A DNA stretch of 64,000 nucleotides from Bacillota bacterium. Lineage in GTDB: Bacteria > Bacillota > JAAYKD01. The stretch lies in contig OY762825.2 in assembly GCA_963666425.2 (NCBI GenBank), positions 128,001 to 192,000 of the forward strand, in the 5' to 3' direction. Position numbers and translations under genes: made by a program. The first letter of the stretch is position 1, and each line of letters opens with the position of its first letter. Under the pieces are notes generated by a model. That model ran no database searches and was not told where the DNA came from. It saw only the letters and a program-made list of their open reading frames with translations. Positions 31,175 through 40,542 of this stretch are shown here, piece after piece.

Positions 31175-31393
31175 ATGGACAACAATCCAAAGAATCGGGT
31201 TGTGACAATCAACGAAAAATGGTGCAAAGCCTGCGGAATTTGTATGGCTTTTTGCCCCAAAAAAGCGCTGACACCGCAAAAGAACGGGAAACCGACTTGG
31301 AACAGCGAGTTATGTATCCGCTGTGGTCAATGTGAAATGCGGTGCCCTGATTTCGCCATTTACTTGGAAGACGGGAAGGAGGAGACAAAATGA
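31175..31393 (+). CDS. korD: 2[4Fe-4S] ferredoxin-like delta subunit of 2-oxoacid:ferredoxin oxidoreductase
   Basis: CKACGICMAFCP and CIRCGQCEMRCPDFAI. Confidence 0.9.
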   Translation: MDNNPKNRVVTINEKWCKACGICMAFCPKKALTPQKNGKPTWNSELCIRCGQCEMRCPDFAIYLEDGKEETK

Positions 31394-32514
31394 CGAAGGC
31401 AAAACTGATCCAGGGCAATGAAGCCTGCGTGGCTGGTGCCTTAGCGGCCGGCTGCAGTTTCTTTGCCGGCTATCCCATTACCCCATCCACGGAAATTGCA
31501 GAATTATTGGCAGAAAATTTACCGAAAACAGGCGGCAGATTCATCCAGATGGAAGATGAAATTTCCAGTATGGGCGCTGTGATCGGCGCTAGTCTGACCG
31601 GCAGAAAATCGATGACTGCAACATCCGGACCGGGATTTTCTCTCAAGCAGGAAAATATCGGCTTTGCCGCGATTACAGAAGTTCCATGTGTGATTGTCGA
31701 TGTGCAGCGTGCCGGTCCCAGTACCGGTGTTCCCACCGCGCCAGCACAGGGAGATGTGATGCAAGCACGTTGGGGAACCCATGGTGATCATCCGATGATC
31801 GCACTGTCTCCCTCTTCAGTACGCGAGACATTCGACTTAACAGTGCGTGCCTTCAATTTATCCGAAAAATATCGTACTCCTGTCATCCTCTTAATGGATG
31901 AAATCGTCTCCCATATGCGCGAGCGGATGGAAACACCGGAAGTGGGAACTTATGAAGTGATTGACCGCGCGAAGCCAACCGGTTCACCGGCGGATTACTC
32001 CGCTTATGATGCACCCGAGGACGGCGTTGCTCCTTTGGCTCCCTTCGGTACTGGTTATCATTATCATGTTACCGGTCTGACTCATGACCGTACCGGCTTT
32101 GCCACCACGAAAGCTCCGCAGGTCAATTATATGCTGCGCCGTCTGCACAATAAAATCGACCGCCATCTGGATGACATCCTGCAATGGGAAGAGCTTTTCT
32201 GTGACGATGCCGAGATTATTCTCGTTGCGTATGGCTGCACCGCTCGTTCGGCCAAAGCGGCTTTGGAAGAAGCTCGTTTGGCGGGTTATAAGGTTGGTTT
32301 ATTCCGTCCCATTACCATTTGGCCTTTCCCGGCAGACGCTTTGCTGCATGCCGCCAAAGGCAAAAAAGTAATCGTTCCGGAAATGAATTTGGGACAATTG
32401 AGTTTGGAAGTAGAGCGAGTGCTCAAACAGGAAATCATTGGCGTCAACCGTGTCGACGGGGAACCGCTCAATCCACAAGAAATTATCGATGCAATTAAGG
32501 GGGTGCAGGCATGA
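31390..32514 (+). CDS. korA: 2-oxoacid:ferredoxin oxidoreductase alpha subunit (2-oxoglutarate-type)
   Basis: GNEA, GYPITPSTE, QMEDE, ATSGPGFSL, QRAGPSTG. Confidence 0.92.
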   Translation: MTKAKLIQGNEACVAGALAAGCSFFAGYPITPSTEIAELLAENLPKTGGRFIQMEDEISSMGAVIGASLTGRKSMTATSGPGFSLKQENIGFAAITEVPCVIVDVQRAGPSTGVPTAPAQGDVMQARWGTHGDHPMIALSPSSVRETFDLTVRAFNLSEKYRTPVILLMDEIVSHMRERMETPEVGTYEVIDRAKPTGSPADYSAYDAPEDGVAPLAPFGTGYHYHVTGLTHDRTGFATTKAPQVNYMLRRLHNKIDRHLDDILQWEELFCDDAEIILVAYGCTARSAKAALEEARLAGYKVGLFRPITIWPFPADALLHAAKGKKVIVPEMNLGQLSLEVERVLKQEIIGVNRVDGEPLNPQEIIDAIKGVQA

Positions 32515-33326
32515 GTAACGGCAGAGAACTTCTTCGTGAAGATAAAATGCCTCACATTTGGTGCCCAGGCTGCGGCAATGGCATCATCATGCAGCAGGTG
32601 CTGAGAGCAATTGAAGAATTGGGTTTAGATCGTGATAAAGTGGTGCTCGTCTCCGGTATTGGCTGTTCATCCCGCGCCACCGGTTACTTGGATTTCAATA
32701 CACTGCATACAACACATGGCCGCGCACTGGCTTTTGCGACCGGCGTTAAATATGCAAATCCCGATTTGACAGTGATCGTCCTGACTGGCGACGGTGACTG
32801 CACCGCCATTGGCGGCAACCATTTGATTCATGCCTGCCGCCGCAATATTGATTTGACCACCATCGTCTTTAATAACTCGATTTACGGTATGACCAGTGGT
32901 CAATTTTCTCCGATGACACCGACCGGAAGCTATGCTACCACGGCACCTTATGGCAATATCGACCGCAATTTTGACATGTGTAAATTAGGTCAGGCTGCCG
33001 GTGCTACCTATGTCGCCCGTTCCACCACCTATCATGCCAATCAACTGAAGGATTTGATCAAGAGCGGCATTCAAAATAAAGGTTTTTCCTTGATTGAAGC
33101 CGTTTCAGCCTGCCCGACTTATTTTGGCCGCAAGAACAAAATGGGTGGTCCGGTGGAAATGCTGAATTGGCAAAAGGATCACGCCGTTCCGGTCAAAGCT
33201 GCCGAAAAAATGACTACGGAGCAACTGGACGATAAATTCCTGATCGGCGAGTTATACAACAAACCGGAACCGGAATACTGCGAGCAGTATGCCAAGACAA
33301 TCCTAACCGCGGAGGCGAGAAAATAA
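32511..33326 (+). CDS. korB: 2-oxoacid:ferredoxin oxidoreductase beta (TPP-binding) subunit
   Basis: WCPGCG, SGIGCS, HGRA, GDGD...IGGNH...NN TPP motif. Confidence 0.92.
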   Translation: MSNGRELLREDKMPHIWCPGCGNGIIMQQVLRAIEELGLDRDKVVLVSGIGCSSRATGYLDFNTLHTTHGRALAFATGVKYANPDLTVIVLTGDGDCTAIGGNHLIHACRRNIDLTTIVFNNSIYGMTSGQFSPMTPTGSYATTAPYGNIDRNFDMCKLGQAAGATYVARSTTYHANQLKDLIKSGIQNKGFSLIEAVSACPTYFGRKNKMGGPVEMLNWQKDHAVPVKAAEKMTTEQLDDKFLIGELYNKPEPEYCEQYAKTILTAEARK

Positions 33327-33865
33327 TGAATAAACAAACTGAAATACGCTTGAGCGGTTCCGGCGGACAGGGAATTATTACGGCCGGAATTATTCTGGCG
33401 GAAGCCGCTCTGCTGGATGGTTTGAATGCGCTGCAAAGTCAGTCTTACGGTCCGGAAGCCCGCGGCGGCGCCAGCAAAGCAGAAGTTATTATTTCCGAAA
33501 AAGAAATCAATTACCCCAAAGTGACACAGCCGAATATTTTAGTCGCTTTAACCCAACAGGCGTATGATCTTTATAAAACCGGTTTAACGTCTGATTCCAT
33601 TGTGATGCTGGATGCCGGTATTGTGGTAGACAGTGACGCAGCTTATCGGGTCTACCAGGTAGCGGTGACGGAAATTGCTCGGACACAATTGCGTCCGGTT
33701 GTAGCGAATATCATCACCCTGGGCGCTTTGGTCACCTTGACTCAATGCGTTAGTTATGCGGCTTTAGAAGAAGCAGTGTTGGATCGCGTTCCGAAAGGGA
33801 CGGAAGAGTTGAATAAAAAAGCTCTGGCGGCCGGTGTTGCCGCAGCAAGACAATTAATTGCCTAG
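33326..33865 (+). CDS. korC: 2-oxoacid:ferredoxin oxidoreductase gamma subunit
   Basis: GSGGQG, SYGPEARGG. Confidence 0.92.
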   Translation: MNKQTEIRLSGSGGQGIITAGIILAEAALLDGLNALQSQSYGPEARGGASKAEVIISEKEINYPKVTQPNILVALTQQAYDLYKTGLTSDSIVMLDAGIVVDSDAAYRVYQVAVTEIARTQLRPVVANIITLGALVTLTQCVSYAALEEAVLDRVPKGTEELNKKALAAGVAAARQLIA

Positions 33866-33871
33866 TTATTT

Positions 33872-33994
33872 CTTTCTAGTCGGGTCAAAGCGGCAGAACA
33901 GATCCTGAATTTCAGCTATCTGTTTTTGCAGCTTCGGCCGACATGAAAGCAGGATACCCTCTCGAGGTTGCTATGCTTTGAGAGGGTAACTTGT
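33872..33994 (+). other. Two long intergenic hairpins without U-tracts, between korC and the mutase gene
   Basis: CTTTC.aGTCGG...CCGAC..GAAAG (33872-33949) and TACCCTCTC...GAGAGGGTA (33955-33988). Confidence 0.5.
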
Positions 33995-34037
33995 ACTTTT
34001 TATTAAATCTGAATCAATAAAATCGGAGGCGAACTGT

Positions 34038-35711
34038 ATGTCAAATAGCATGGAAGAAATCAGACAAAACGCAGAAGCCTGGGAGAAAGGTACTGTTGCT
34101 AAAACAATATCTCGTTTCCCGGAACGGAAGAATCCTTTTCAAAGCACTTCCGGCTTTGAAGTAAAACGTGCTTATACGCCCCTGGATGTGGAAGAGTTGG
34201 ATTACAACCGTGATCTGGGTATGCCGGGCGAATATCCCTATACCCGTGCGGTGCAGCCCACGCTCTATCGCGGACGTTTCTGGACCATGCGGCAATATGC
34301 CGGCTTTGGCAACGCGGAAGAATCTAATGAACGCTATAAATATCTGTTGAAGCAGGGTCAAACCGGTCTCTCCATCGCTTTCGATCTGCCGACGCAGATT
34401 GGCTACGACTCAGATCACGCATTGTCTCAAGGTGAAGTTGGCAAAGTTGGTGTTGCCATTGATTCTTTAGCCGATATGGAGATTCTATTCAACGGCATTC
34501 CTTTGGATAAAGTCAGCACTTCGATGACGATCAATGCACCGGCTGCCGTTTTACTGGCTATGTATATTGCCGTCGGTGAAAAACAAGGCGTAGCGGCCAA
34601 TAAATTGAATGGTACGATTCAAAATGATATTTTAAAGGAATATATTGCGCGTGGCACCTATATTTTCCCGCCGAAACCGTCGATGCGGTTGATTACCAAT
34701 ATTTTTGAATATTGCTACAAGGATGTACCGGAGTGGAATACCATCAGCATTTCCGGCTATCATATCCGGGAAGCGGGTTCCAATGCAGCCCAAGAAATCG
34801 CCTTCACCTTAGCCGATGGTATCGCTTACGTGGAAGCGGCGATCAAGGCCGGCATGGACGTAGACGAATTTGCTCCGCGCCTGTCTTTCTTTTTCAATGC
34901 GCACAACGATTTGTTTGAAGAAGTAGCGAAGTTCCGGGCAGCGCGCCGGCTCTGGGCGAAAATTATGAAGGAGCGCTTTGCTGCCAAAAAAGATAAATCT
35001 TTGATGCTGCGTTTCCATACGCAAACTGCCGGTTCCATGCTGACTGCTCAGCAACCGGATAATAACATTGTGCGGGTCACTTTGCAGGCTCTGGCAGCGG
35101 TTTTGGGTGGCACGCAGAGTCTGCATACCAATTCCCGTGACGAAGCCTTGGCCTTACCTACCGAGGATGCCGTGCGTATTGCTTTGCGGACCCAGCAGAT
35201 CATCGCTTACGAAAGCGGCGCCGGTGATACGATTGATCCTTTGGCCGGCTCTTATTATGTGGAATCGATGACCAATACGCTGGAAAAAGCAGCTGAAATT
35301 TATTTGAAGAAAATCGATGAGCTGGGCGGTTCCGTGATGGCCATCGAGAATGGTTATATGCAGCAGGAGATTCAAAACAGCGCTTATCGCTGGCAGCAGG
35401 AAATTGAAAAAGGCGAACGCATCGTTGTTGGTGTGAATAAATTCACCATCGAAGAAGGAGCCCCCAAAGGCTTATTGCGTGTTGATCCCAGCATCGGCGT
35501 CAAACAAGTGCAGAAACTTCAGGAATTGAAGGCAAAACGCGATCAGGCTGCTGTAACGGCTGCTCTTACCGAATTGCACCAAGCTGCGCAAGGCAGCGAT
35601 AATTTAATGCCCGTCATCCTGAAAGCAGTCAAAGTTTATGCCACTCTGGGTGAAATCTGTGATGTGTTAAGAGAAGTGTTCGGTGAATACCAGGCTTCTG
35701 TTACTATATAA
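34038..35711 (+). CDS. Methylmalonyl-CoA mutase, substrate-binding subunit (split type)
   Basis: WTMRQYAGF (Tyr, as in MCM rather than Phe as in ICM), [13 protein letters not shown] (carboxylate-binding Arg), [19 protein letters not shown]. Confidence 0.94.
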   Translation: MSNSMEEIRQNAEAWEKGTVAKTISRFPERKNPFQSTSGFEVKRAYTPLDVEELDYNRDLGMPGEYPYTRAVQPTLYRGRFWTMRQYAGFGNAEESNERYKYLLKQGQTGLSIAFDLPTQIGYDSDHALSQGEVGKVGVAIDSLADMEILFNGIPLDKVSTSMTINAPAAVLLAMYIAVGEKQGVAANKLNGTIQNDILKEYIARGTYIFPPKPSMRLITNIFEYCYKDVPEWNTISISGYHIREAGSNAAQEIAFTLADGIAYVEAAIKAGMDVDEFAPRLSFFFNAHNDLFEEVAKFRAARRLWAKIMKERFAAKKDKSLMLRFHTQTAGSMLTAQQPDNNIVRVTLQALAAVLGGTQSLHTNSRDEALALPTEDAVRIALRTQQIIAYESGAGDTIDPLAGSYYVESMTNTLEKAAEIYLKKIDELGGSVMAIENGYMQQEIQNSAYRWQQEIEKGERIVVGVNKFTIEEGAPKGLLRVDPSIGVKQVQKLQELKAKRDQAAVTAALTELHQAAQGSDNLMPVILKAVKVYATLGEICDVLREVFGEYQASVTI

Positions 35712-35727
35712 GAAGGAGGTTGTTTGA

Positions 35728-36123
35728 ATGTCAAATCCTATTCGTGTTTTAATTGCAAAACCTGGCTTAGATGGACATGACCGCGGCGCTAAAGTAATTG
35801 CCCGCGCCTTCCGCGATGCCGGTATGGAAGTCATTTATACCGGCTTGCGCCAAACTCCTGAACAGATTGTAGAAACTGCGATTCAAGAAGACGTTGACCT
35901 GATCGGTTTGTCCTGTCTTTCCGGCGCTCATAATACTTTATTCCCCAGAATTGTCGAATTGCTGAAAGCAAAAGATGCGGCCGATATCAAAGTGATTGGC
36001 GGCGGTGTGATCCCCAGCGAAGATATTCCTTTCCTGAAGGAAAGCGGTATTCTGGAGATTTTCACTCCCGGTACCACAACCACGACCTGCATCGATTATG
36101 TTCTGAAAAATGTCCGAAAATAA
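35728..36123 (+). CDS. Methylmalonyl-CoA mutase, cobalamin-binding subunit
   Basis: DGHDRG...SCL...GG base-off/His-on B12 motif. Confidence 0.95.
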   Translation: MSNPIRVLIAKPGLDGHDRGAKVIARAFRDAGMEVIYTGLRQTPEQIVETAIQEDVDLIGLSCLSGAHNTLFPRIVELLKAKDAADIKVIGGGVIPSEDIPFLKESGILEIFTPGTTTTTCIDYVLKNVRK

Positions 36124-37513
36124 GCTGACGGAAACAGAGAAGAGCTTGCTGACGGGGCTGAAGCAACAAAACCGGCGGGCTTTAGCCAAATCCATTACTT
36201 ATGTGGAAAATCATTATTTACAGGCGAGACCATTGATGGGTGAGATTCATCAAACCTGCAGTTTAGGTCATGCCGACATCATCGGTATTACCGGACCTCC
36301 CGGTGCCGGCAAGAGTACGTTAACCGGCAAATTAATCCAGGCTTTTCGCAAAACAAATCGCACCATCGGCGTCATTTTAATTGATCCGACTAGCCCCTAC
36401 AGCGGCGGAGCCATTTTAGGTGATCGCATCCGGATGAGTGAAAGTTTTACAGACAGCGGCGTTTACATCCGCAGCATGGGCTCGCGCGGACGTCTGGGTG
36501 GTTTATCCGCAGCGACGCAGGATGCGGTCAAACTTTTGGATGCTTTCGGTTTTGATTTGATTTTGGTCGAAACAGTTGGGATCGGACAGGCTGAAACAGA
36601 AATTGTGGAAGCCGCCGATATCACCGTTGTGGTTTCGGTCCCCGGTTTAGGCGATGATATTCAAATCATTAAAGCCGGTGTGATGGAAATCGGTGATATT
36701 TTTGTTGTGAATAAGGCAGACAGAGAAGGTGCTGAGCGGGTCGTCACAGAAATCAATATGATGCTTGATCTGGCACCGAAGGGGAGTCTGCGTCCACCGG
36801 TCTTGAAGACTGTTTCCACAACCGGCGTGGGAATTAACGAACTGGTCAGTGCAATGGAGAGTTTTAAAAACAGAGCCATACAAAGCGGAAAATGGCAGTT
36901 GAAACGAGAAGAGCGCTTATGGAAAGAGCTGGAGAGCAATGTCATTGCGCAGTGGCAGGCAAAACTTGAACAAAGCCCACTCTATTTGGAACGCACAGCG
37001 CTGCTGGCTGATTTGGCGGCGGGTAAAACCAATGCCTACACGGAGGCGAAGCGGATCTTAACTCAAATGCAATCGTCCGCCGGAAATGAGTCGATGCAAA
37101 GGAGGACAACCATGTTACAGAAAATTGATCATTTAGGGATTGCAGTGAACAATTTGCAGGAAGCGTTGAAATTCTATCACGACGTGATGGGGATGGAGTT
37201 GATTGGCACCGAAACGGTAGAAGAGCAAAAAGTCAATGTTGCCATGCTGAGAATTGGCGAAAGCAGAATTGAACTTTTAGAACCGACCTGCGCAGAGAGT
37301 CCGATTGCAAAAACAATTGAAAAACGCGGCGAAGGAATCGCTCATGTAGCTTATGCTGTCGACGATATCGAAGCAGCATTGGCGCAGCTGAAAGCCGGGG
37401 GAGCTCGTTTAATTGACGAGACACCCAGGATTGGTGCGGGAGGTTCCCGCGTTGCTTTCGTTCATCCCAAATCTACTTACGGTGTTTTGGTAGAATTGTG
37501 TGAAAAACACTAA
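36110..37513 (+). CDS. meaB: MeaB GTPase chaperone continuing in frame into methylmalonyl-CoA epimerase (fusion ORF)
   Basis: [37 protein letters not shown]; no stop codon before the VOC-fold epimerase sequence. Confidence 0.9.
   Translation: MSENKLTETEKSLLTGLKQQNRRALAKSITYVENHYLQARPLMGEIHQTCSLGHADIIGITGPPGAGKSTLTGKLIQAFRKTNRTIGVILIDPTSPYSGGAILGDRIRMSESFTDSGVYIRSMGSRGRLGGLSAATQDAVKLLDAFGFDLILVETVGIGQAETEIVEAADITVVVSVPGLGDDIQIIKAGVMEIGDIFVVNKADREGAERVVTEINMMLDLAPKGSLRPPVLKTVSTTGVGINELVSAMESFKNRAIQSGKWQLKREERLWKELESNVIAQWQAKLEQSPLYLERTALLADLAAGKTNAYTEAKRILTQMQSSAGNESMQRRTTMLQKIDHLGIAVNNLQEALKFYHDVMGMELIGTETVEEQKVNVAMLRIGESRIELLEPTCAESPIAKTIEKRGEGIAHVAYAVDDIEAALAQLKAGGARLIDETPRIGAGGSRVAFVHPKSTYGVLVELCEKH
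37112..37513 (+). CDS. mce: Methylmalonyl-CoA epimerase (own RBS and ATG inside the meaB ORF)
   Basis: AAAGGAGG-acaacc-ATG; [32 protein letters not shown] metal-binding VOC motifs. Confidence 0.9.
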   Translation: MLQKIDHLGIAVNNLQEALKFYHDVMGMELIGTETVEEQKVNVAMLRIGESRIELLEPTCAESPIAKTIEKRGEGIAHVAYAVDDIEAALAQLKAGGARLIDETPRIGAGGSRVAFVHPKSTYGVLVELCEKH

Positions 37514-37534
37514 AACCATCAGGAGGTACCACTT

Positions 37535-39079
37535 ATGTCGATTGAAAAAATCAATGAACTAATTCAAAAACGTGCCGAAGTAGCAGCCGGCGGCGGCGAA
37601 AAAAGAGTGCAGCGTCAGCATAGCAGCGGTAAGTTGACAGCCCGCGAACGTCTGGCAAAACTGTTTGATCCGGATAGCTTTGTTGAATTGGACGCTTTTG
37701 TCACCCATCGCTGCACTGCTTTCGGCATGGAAAAAACCGAAGCACCGGGAGAAGGCGTCGTTACCGGTTACGGCACGGTGGACGGACGGCTGGTCTATGC
37801 CGCGGCACAGGATTTCACTGTGATCGGCGGTTCTTTGGGCGAAATGCATGCAGGAAAAATCTGCAAAGCCATGGACCTGGCCGTTAAAATGGGAGCGCCT
37901 TTTGTTTCAGTCAATGACTCCGGCGGCGCCAGAATACAGGAAGGCGTCGATGCTTTGAAAGGTTACGGTGATATTTTCTATCGTAACACCATGGCGTCCG
38001 GTGTAATTCCGCAAATCTCCGTGATCATGGGACCTTGTGCCGGCGGCGCTGTTTATTCTCCCGCCCTAACAGATTTTATTTTTATGACCGAATACGCCAA
38101 TATGTTCATCACCGGACCGCAGGTCGTCAAATCCGTCACCGGAGAAGACGTGACCGCCGATCAACTGGGTGGTGCCGGCGTACATGCCTCCACCAGCGGT
38201 GTGGCGCACTTTGTTGCCAAAACAGACGAAGAATGCTTAAATCTGGTGCGGCGCCTGATTAGTTTCCTTCCTTCCAACAATCTGGAAACAACCCCGGTTG
38301 TACCAACTGAGGATCTTCCTACCCGGACGGACGAAGCTTTGCGCGATATCATTCCCGACAGCCCGAATCGTCCTTACGATATGCGCGATATCATTACCAA
38401 TGTGGTGGACGATCATGATTTCTTTGAAGTACAGCCCACTTATGCCGCCAATATCATCACCGCGTTTGGCCGTCTGAACGGCCGCAGTGTTGGCATCATT
38501 GCCAACCAACCGAAAGTGATGGCCGGCTGCCTGGATATTAACGCTTCCGATAAAGCCAGCCGCTTTATTCGCTTCTGTGATGCCTTCAATATTCCTTTGA
38601 TCACCTTTACCGATACGCCCGGTTATCTGCCCGGTGTTTCTCAAGAGCATGGTGGTGTGATTCGTCACGGCGCAAAATTGCTTTATGCTTATTCGGAAGC
38701 CAATGTAGCAAAGCTGACTTTGATCACCCGCAAGGCTTATGGCGGTGCATATATCGCTATGTGCAGTCATCATCTTGGCGCAGACATGGTTTTTGCTCTG
38801 CCCAACGCGGAAATTGCCGTGATGGGACCCGATGGCGCTGCGAATATTATTTTCAAAGATGCCATCAAGGATGCAGCAGATCCGCAAAGCATGCGTCAGG
38901 AAAAAATCGATGAATACCGCAACAAATTCGCCAATCCTTATGTAGCGGCAGCACGGGGGTTTGTTGACGATGTGATTGATCCGGCTGTGATCAGACCGAC
39001 TTTGATCAACGCTTTGGAAATGTGTATAACCAAACGGGAAGCGCGCCCGGCCAAAAAGCATGGCAACTTACCCGTTTAA
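37535..39079 (+). CDS. mmdA: Methylmalonyl-CoA decarboxylase alpha subunit / acyl-CoA carboxyltransferase
   Basis: GKLTARER, DSGGARIQEG, GPCAGGAVYSPA, RKAYGGAY, KKHGNLP. Confidence 0.93.
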   Translation: MSIEKINELIQKRAEVAAGGGEKRVQRQHSSGKLTARERLAKLFDPDSFVELDAFVTHRCTAFGMEKTEAPGEGVVTGYGTVDGRLVYAAAQDFTVIGGSLGEMHAGKICKAMDLAVKMGAPFVSVNDSGGARIQEGVDALKGYGDIFYRNTMASGVIPQISVIMGPCAGGAVYSPALTDFIFMTEYANMFITGPQVVKSVTGEDVTADQLGGAGVHASTSGVAHFVAKTDEECLNLVRRLISFLPSNNLETTPVVPTEDLPTRTDEALRDIIPDSPNRPYDMRDIITNVVDDHDFFEVQPTYAANIITAFGRLNGRSVGIIANQPKVMAGCLDINASDKASRFIRFCDAFNIPLITFTDTPGYLPGVSQEHGGVIRHGAKLLYAYSEANVAKLTLITRKAYGGAYIAMCSHHLGADMVFALPNAEIAVMGPDGAANIIFKDAIKDAADPQSMRQEKIDEYRNKFANPYVAAARGFVDDVIDPAVIRPTLINALEMCITKREARPAKKHGNLPV

Positions 39080-39091
39080 GGAGGCTATCCT

Positions 39092-39439
39092 ATGACGACA
39101 GATATGATCCTGAAATATGCCCTGCTGGCAGGTTTTGTCTTGTTTGGTTTGTTTTACTTTATGAGAGCCAAAAACAACACCCCTGCCGATTCGGCAGCGG
39201 AAGCAAACGAAGAAGCTCATGCTGAGCAAGAAGTGATGCAAGAGGAAACCGAATTGGGAGCTGCCGATGATTTCGCCTTGATTGCAGTCATCTCAGCAGC
39301 GCTGGCCGCTCATTTAGGCCAAGAAGCAAGCGGAATTAAGATCAGCAGTATCCATCGTATTGTACATTTAGATACCGGCTGGGCAGCGGCTGCCAGACAG
39401 GAAACGATAGCCAGCCGTCAAAATATCTACAATCTTTAA
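39092..39439 (+). CDS. mmdD: OadG/MmdD-like membrane-anchor subunit
   Basis: N-terminal TM helix, acidic linker, LIAVISAALA and W..AARQE. Confidence 0.75.
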   Translation: MTTDMILKYALLAGFVLFGLFYFMRAKNNTPADSAAEANEEAHAEQEVMQEETELGAADDFALIAVISAALAAHLGQEASGIKISSIHRIVHLDTGWAAAARQETIASRQNIYNL

Positions 39440-39467
39440 TGCAAGCAAAGTTTGGAGGAGTAATAAT

Positions 39468-39872
39468 ATGAAAACTTACCTGATTACAGTGAATGGTGTT
39501 TCCTATGAAGTAGCGGTTGAAGAAATGGCTGGATCAGCCACAGCGGCTCCGTCCGTCGCCGCACCGGTACTTACTGTACCAAAAGCGGTGGCCGCGCCGG
39601 TTGCCGTAGCACCGAAAACAGCACCTGTTGCTAAACCCACGGCTGCTCCCAGCGGCAGCGGAACGGTGATTGCAGCGCCGATTCCAGGCACGATTCTCGA
39701 TCTTAAAGTCCAGGTTGGCAGTACAGTCAAAGCCGGCGGCCTGATCTTGATTTTGGAAGCCATGAAGATGGAAAATGAAATCGTGGCAGAGAATGACTGC
39801 ACGGTTAAAGCGATTTTTGTCAATAAGGGCGACAGCGTAAATTCCGGTGATCCAATGGTAGAAGTTCAATAG
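39468..39872 (+). CDS. mmdC: Biotin carboxyl carrier subunit
   Basis: ITVNG..YEV.VEE, Ala/Pro linker, LEAMKMENEI biotinylation motif. Confidence 0.93.
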   Translation: MKTYLITVNGVSYEVAVEEMAGSATAAPSVAAPVLTVPKAVAAPVAVAPKTAPVAKPTAAPSGSGTVIAAPIPGTILDLKVQVGSTVKAGGLILILEAMKMENEIVAENDCTVKAIFVNKGDSVNSGDPMVEVQ

Positions 39873-39887
39873 AGGGGGAAGACCAGC

Positions 39888-40466
39888 GTGAAAAACTTAG
39901 AAGTAGTCTGCGGTGTTTCGGCTCGCCATCTTCATCTTTCACAGAAAGATTTAATCACCTTATTCGGAGAAGACGCTTGTTTGAATTCTTTTAAAGCGTT
40001 GGGTCAACCGGGTCAATATGCCTGTGACGAAAAGGTCAACTTTGTTGGTCCGAAGAACACGATCAAAAATGTGCGCGTTCTTGGTCCGCTGCGCAAGCAA
40101 ACACAAATTGAAATCTCTCTGACCGATTGTATCACGCTTGGAATCCAAGCGCCGGTCCGCGACAGCGGTAATTTGACCGGATCTGCAGCCATTCTATTAG
40201 AAGGTCCCAAAGGCAGTGTTACCCTGACGGAAGGTGTCATTGTCGCGATGCGTCATGTCCACTTCCATCCGGATGATGCGGCGCCTTATGGCATCCAAGA
40301 CAAAGATATCATCAGTGTCAAGACCAGCGGTAATTCTCGCAGCCTGATTTTTGAAAATGTTTTGGCGAGGGTAGCACCTAATTTTGCCTTGGAATTCCAT
40401 GTCGATACAGACGAAGCCAATGCAGCCGGTTTAAAAAGTGGCGATATTGTAGAAATTTTGAAATAA
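39888..40466 (+). CDS. pduL: PduL-type phosphate propanoyltransferase lacking an N-terminal encapsulation extension
   Basis: [48 protein letters not shown]; 192 aa. Confidence 0.93.
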   Translation: MKNLEVVCGVSARHLHLSQKDLITLFGEDACLNSFKALGQPGQYACDEKVNFVGPKNTIKNVRVLGPLRKQTQIEISLTDCITLGIQAPVRDSGNLTGSAAILLEGPKGSVTLTEGVIVAMRHVHFHPDDAAPYGIQDKDIISVKTSGNSRSLIFENVLARVAPNFALEFHVDTDEANAAGLKSGDIVEILK

Positions 40467-40542
40467 GTTACTTCCAAAATACAAGACAGGGAACGCAATT
40501 CACTTTGCGCTCCCTGTGGAGAAAAAAGGAGGCATTTTTACT

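Noticed and set aside
33866-34037. Cobalamin riboswitch upstream of the mutase
   Set aside because: No recognisable B12-box or conserved GGGAA/GCCACTG core arrangement
34038-36123. Isobutyryl-, 2-hydroxyisobutyryl- or ethylmalonyl-CoA mutase, since these are often split
   Set aside because: RQYAGF Tyr and KEYIARGT Arg are the methylmalonyl-CoA signatures, and an epimerase and carboxyltransferase are adjacent
38237-39061. 274-aa antisense ORF opposite mmdA, and similar antisense ORFs such as 51992-52684
   Set aside because: Mirror frames of well-conserved genes, with no RBS or motifs
39888-40466. Bacterial microcompartment locus implied by pduL
   Set aside because: No shell genes in the window and no N-terminal encapsulation extension
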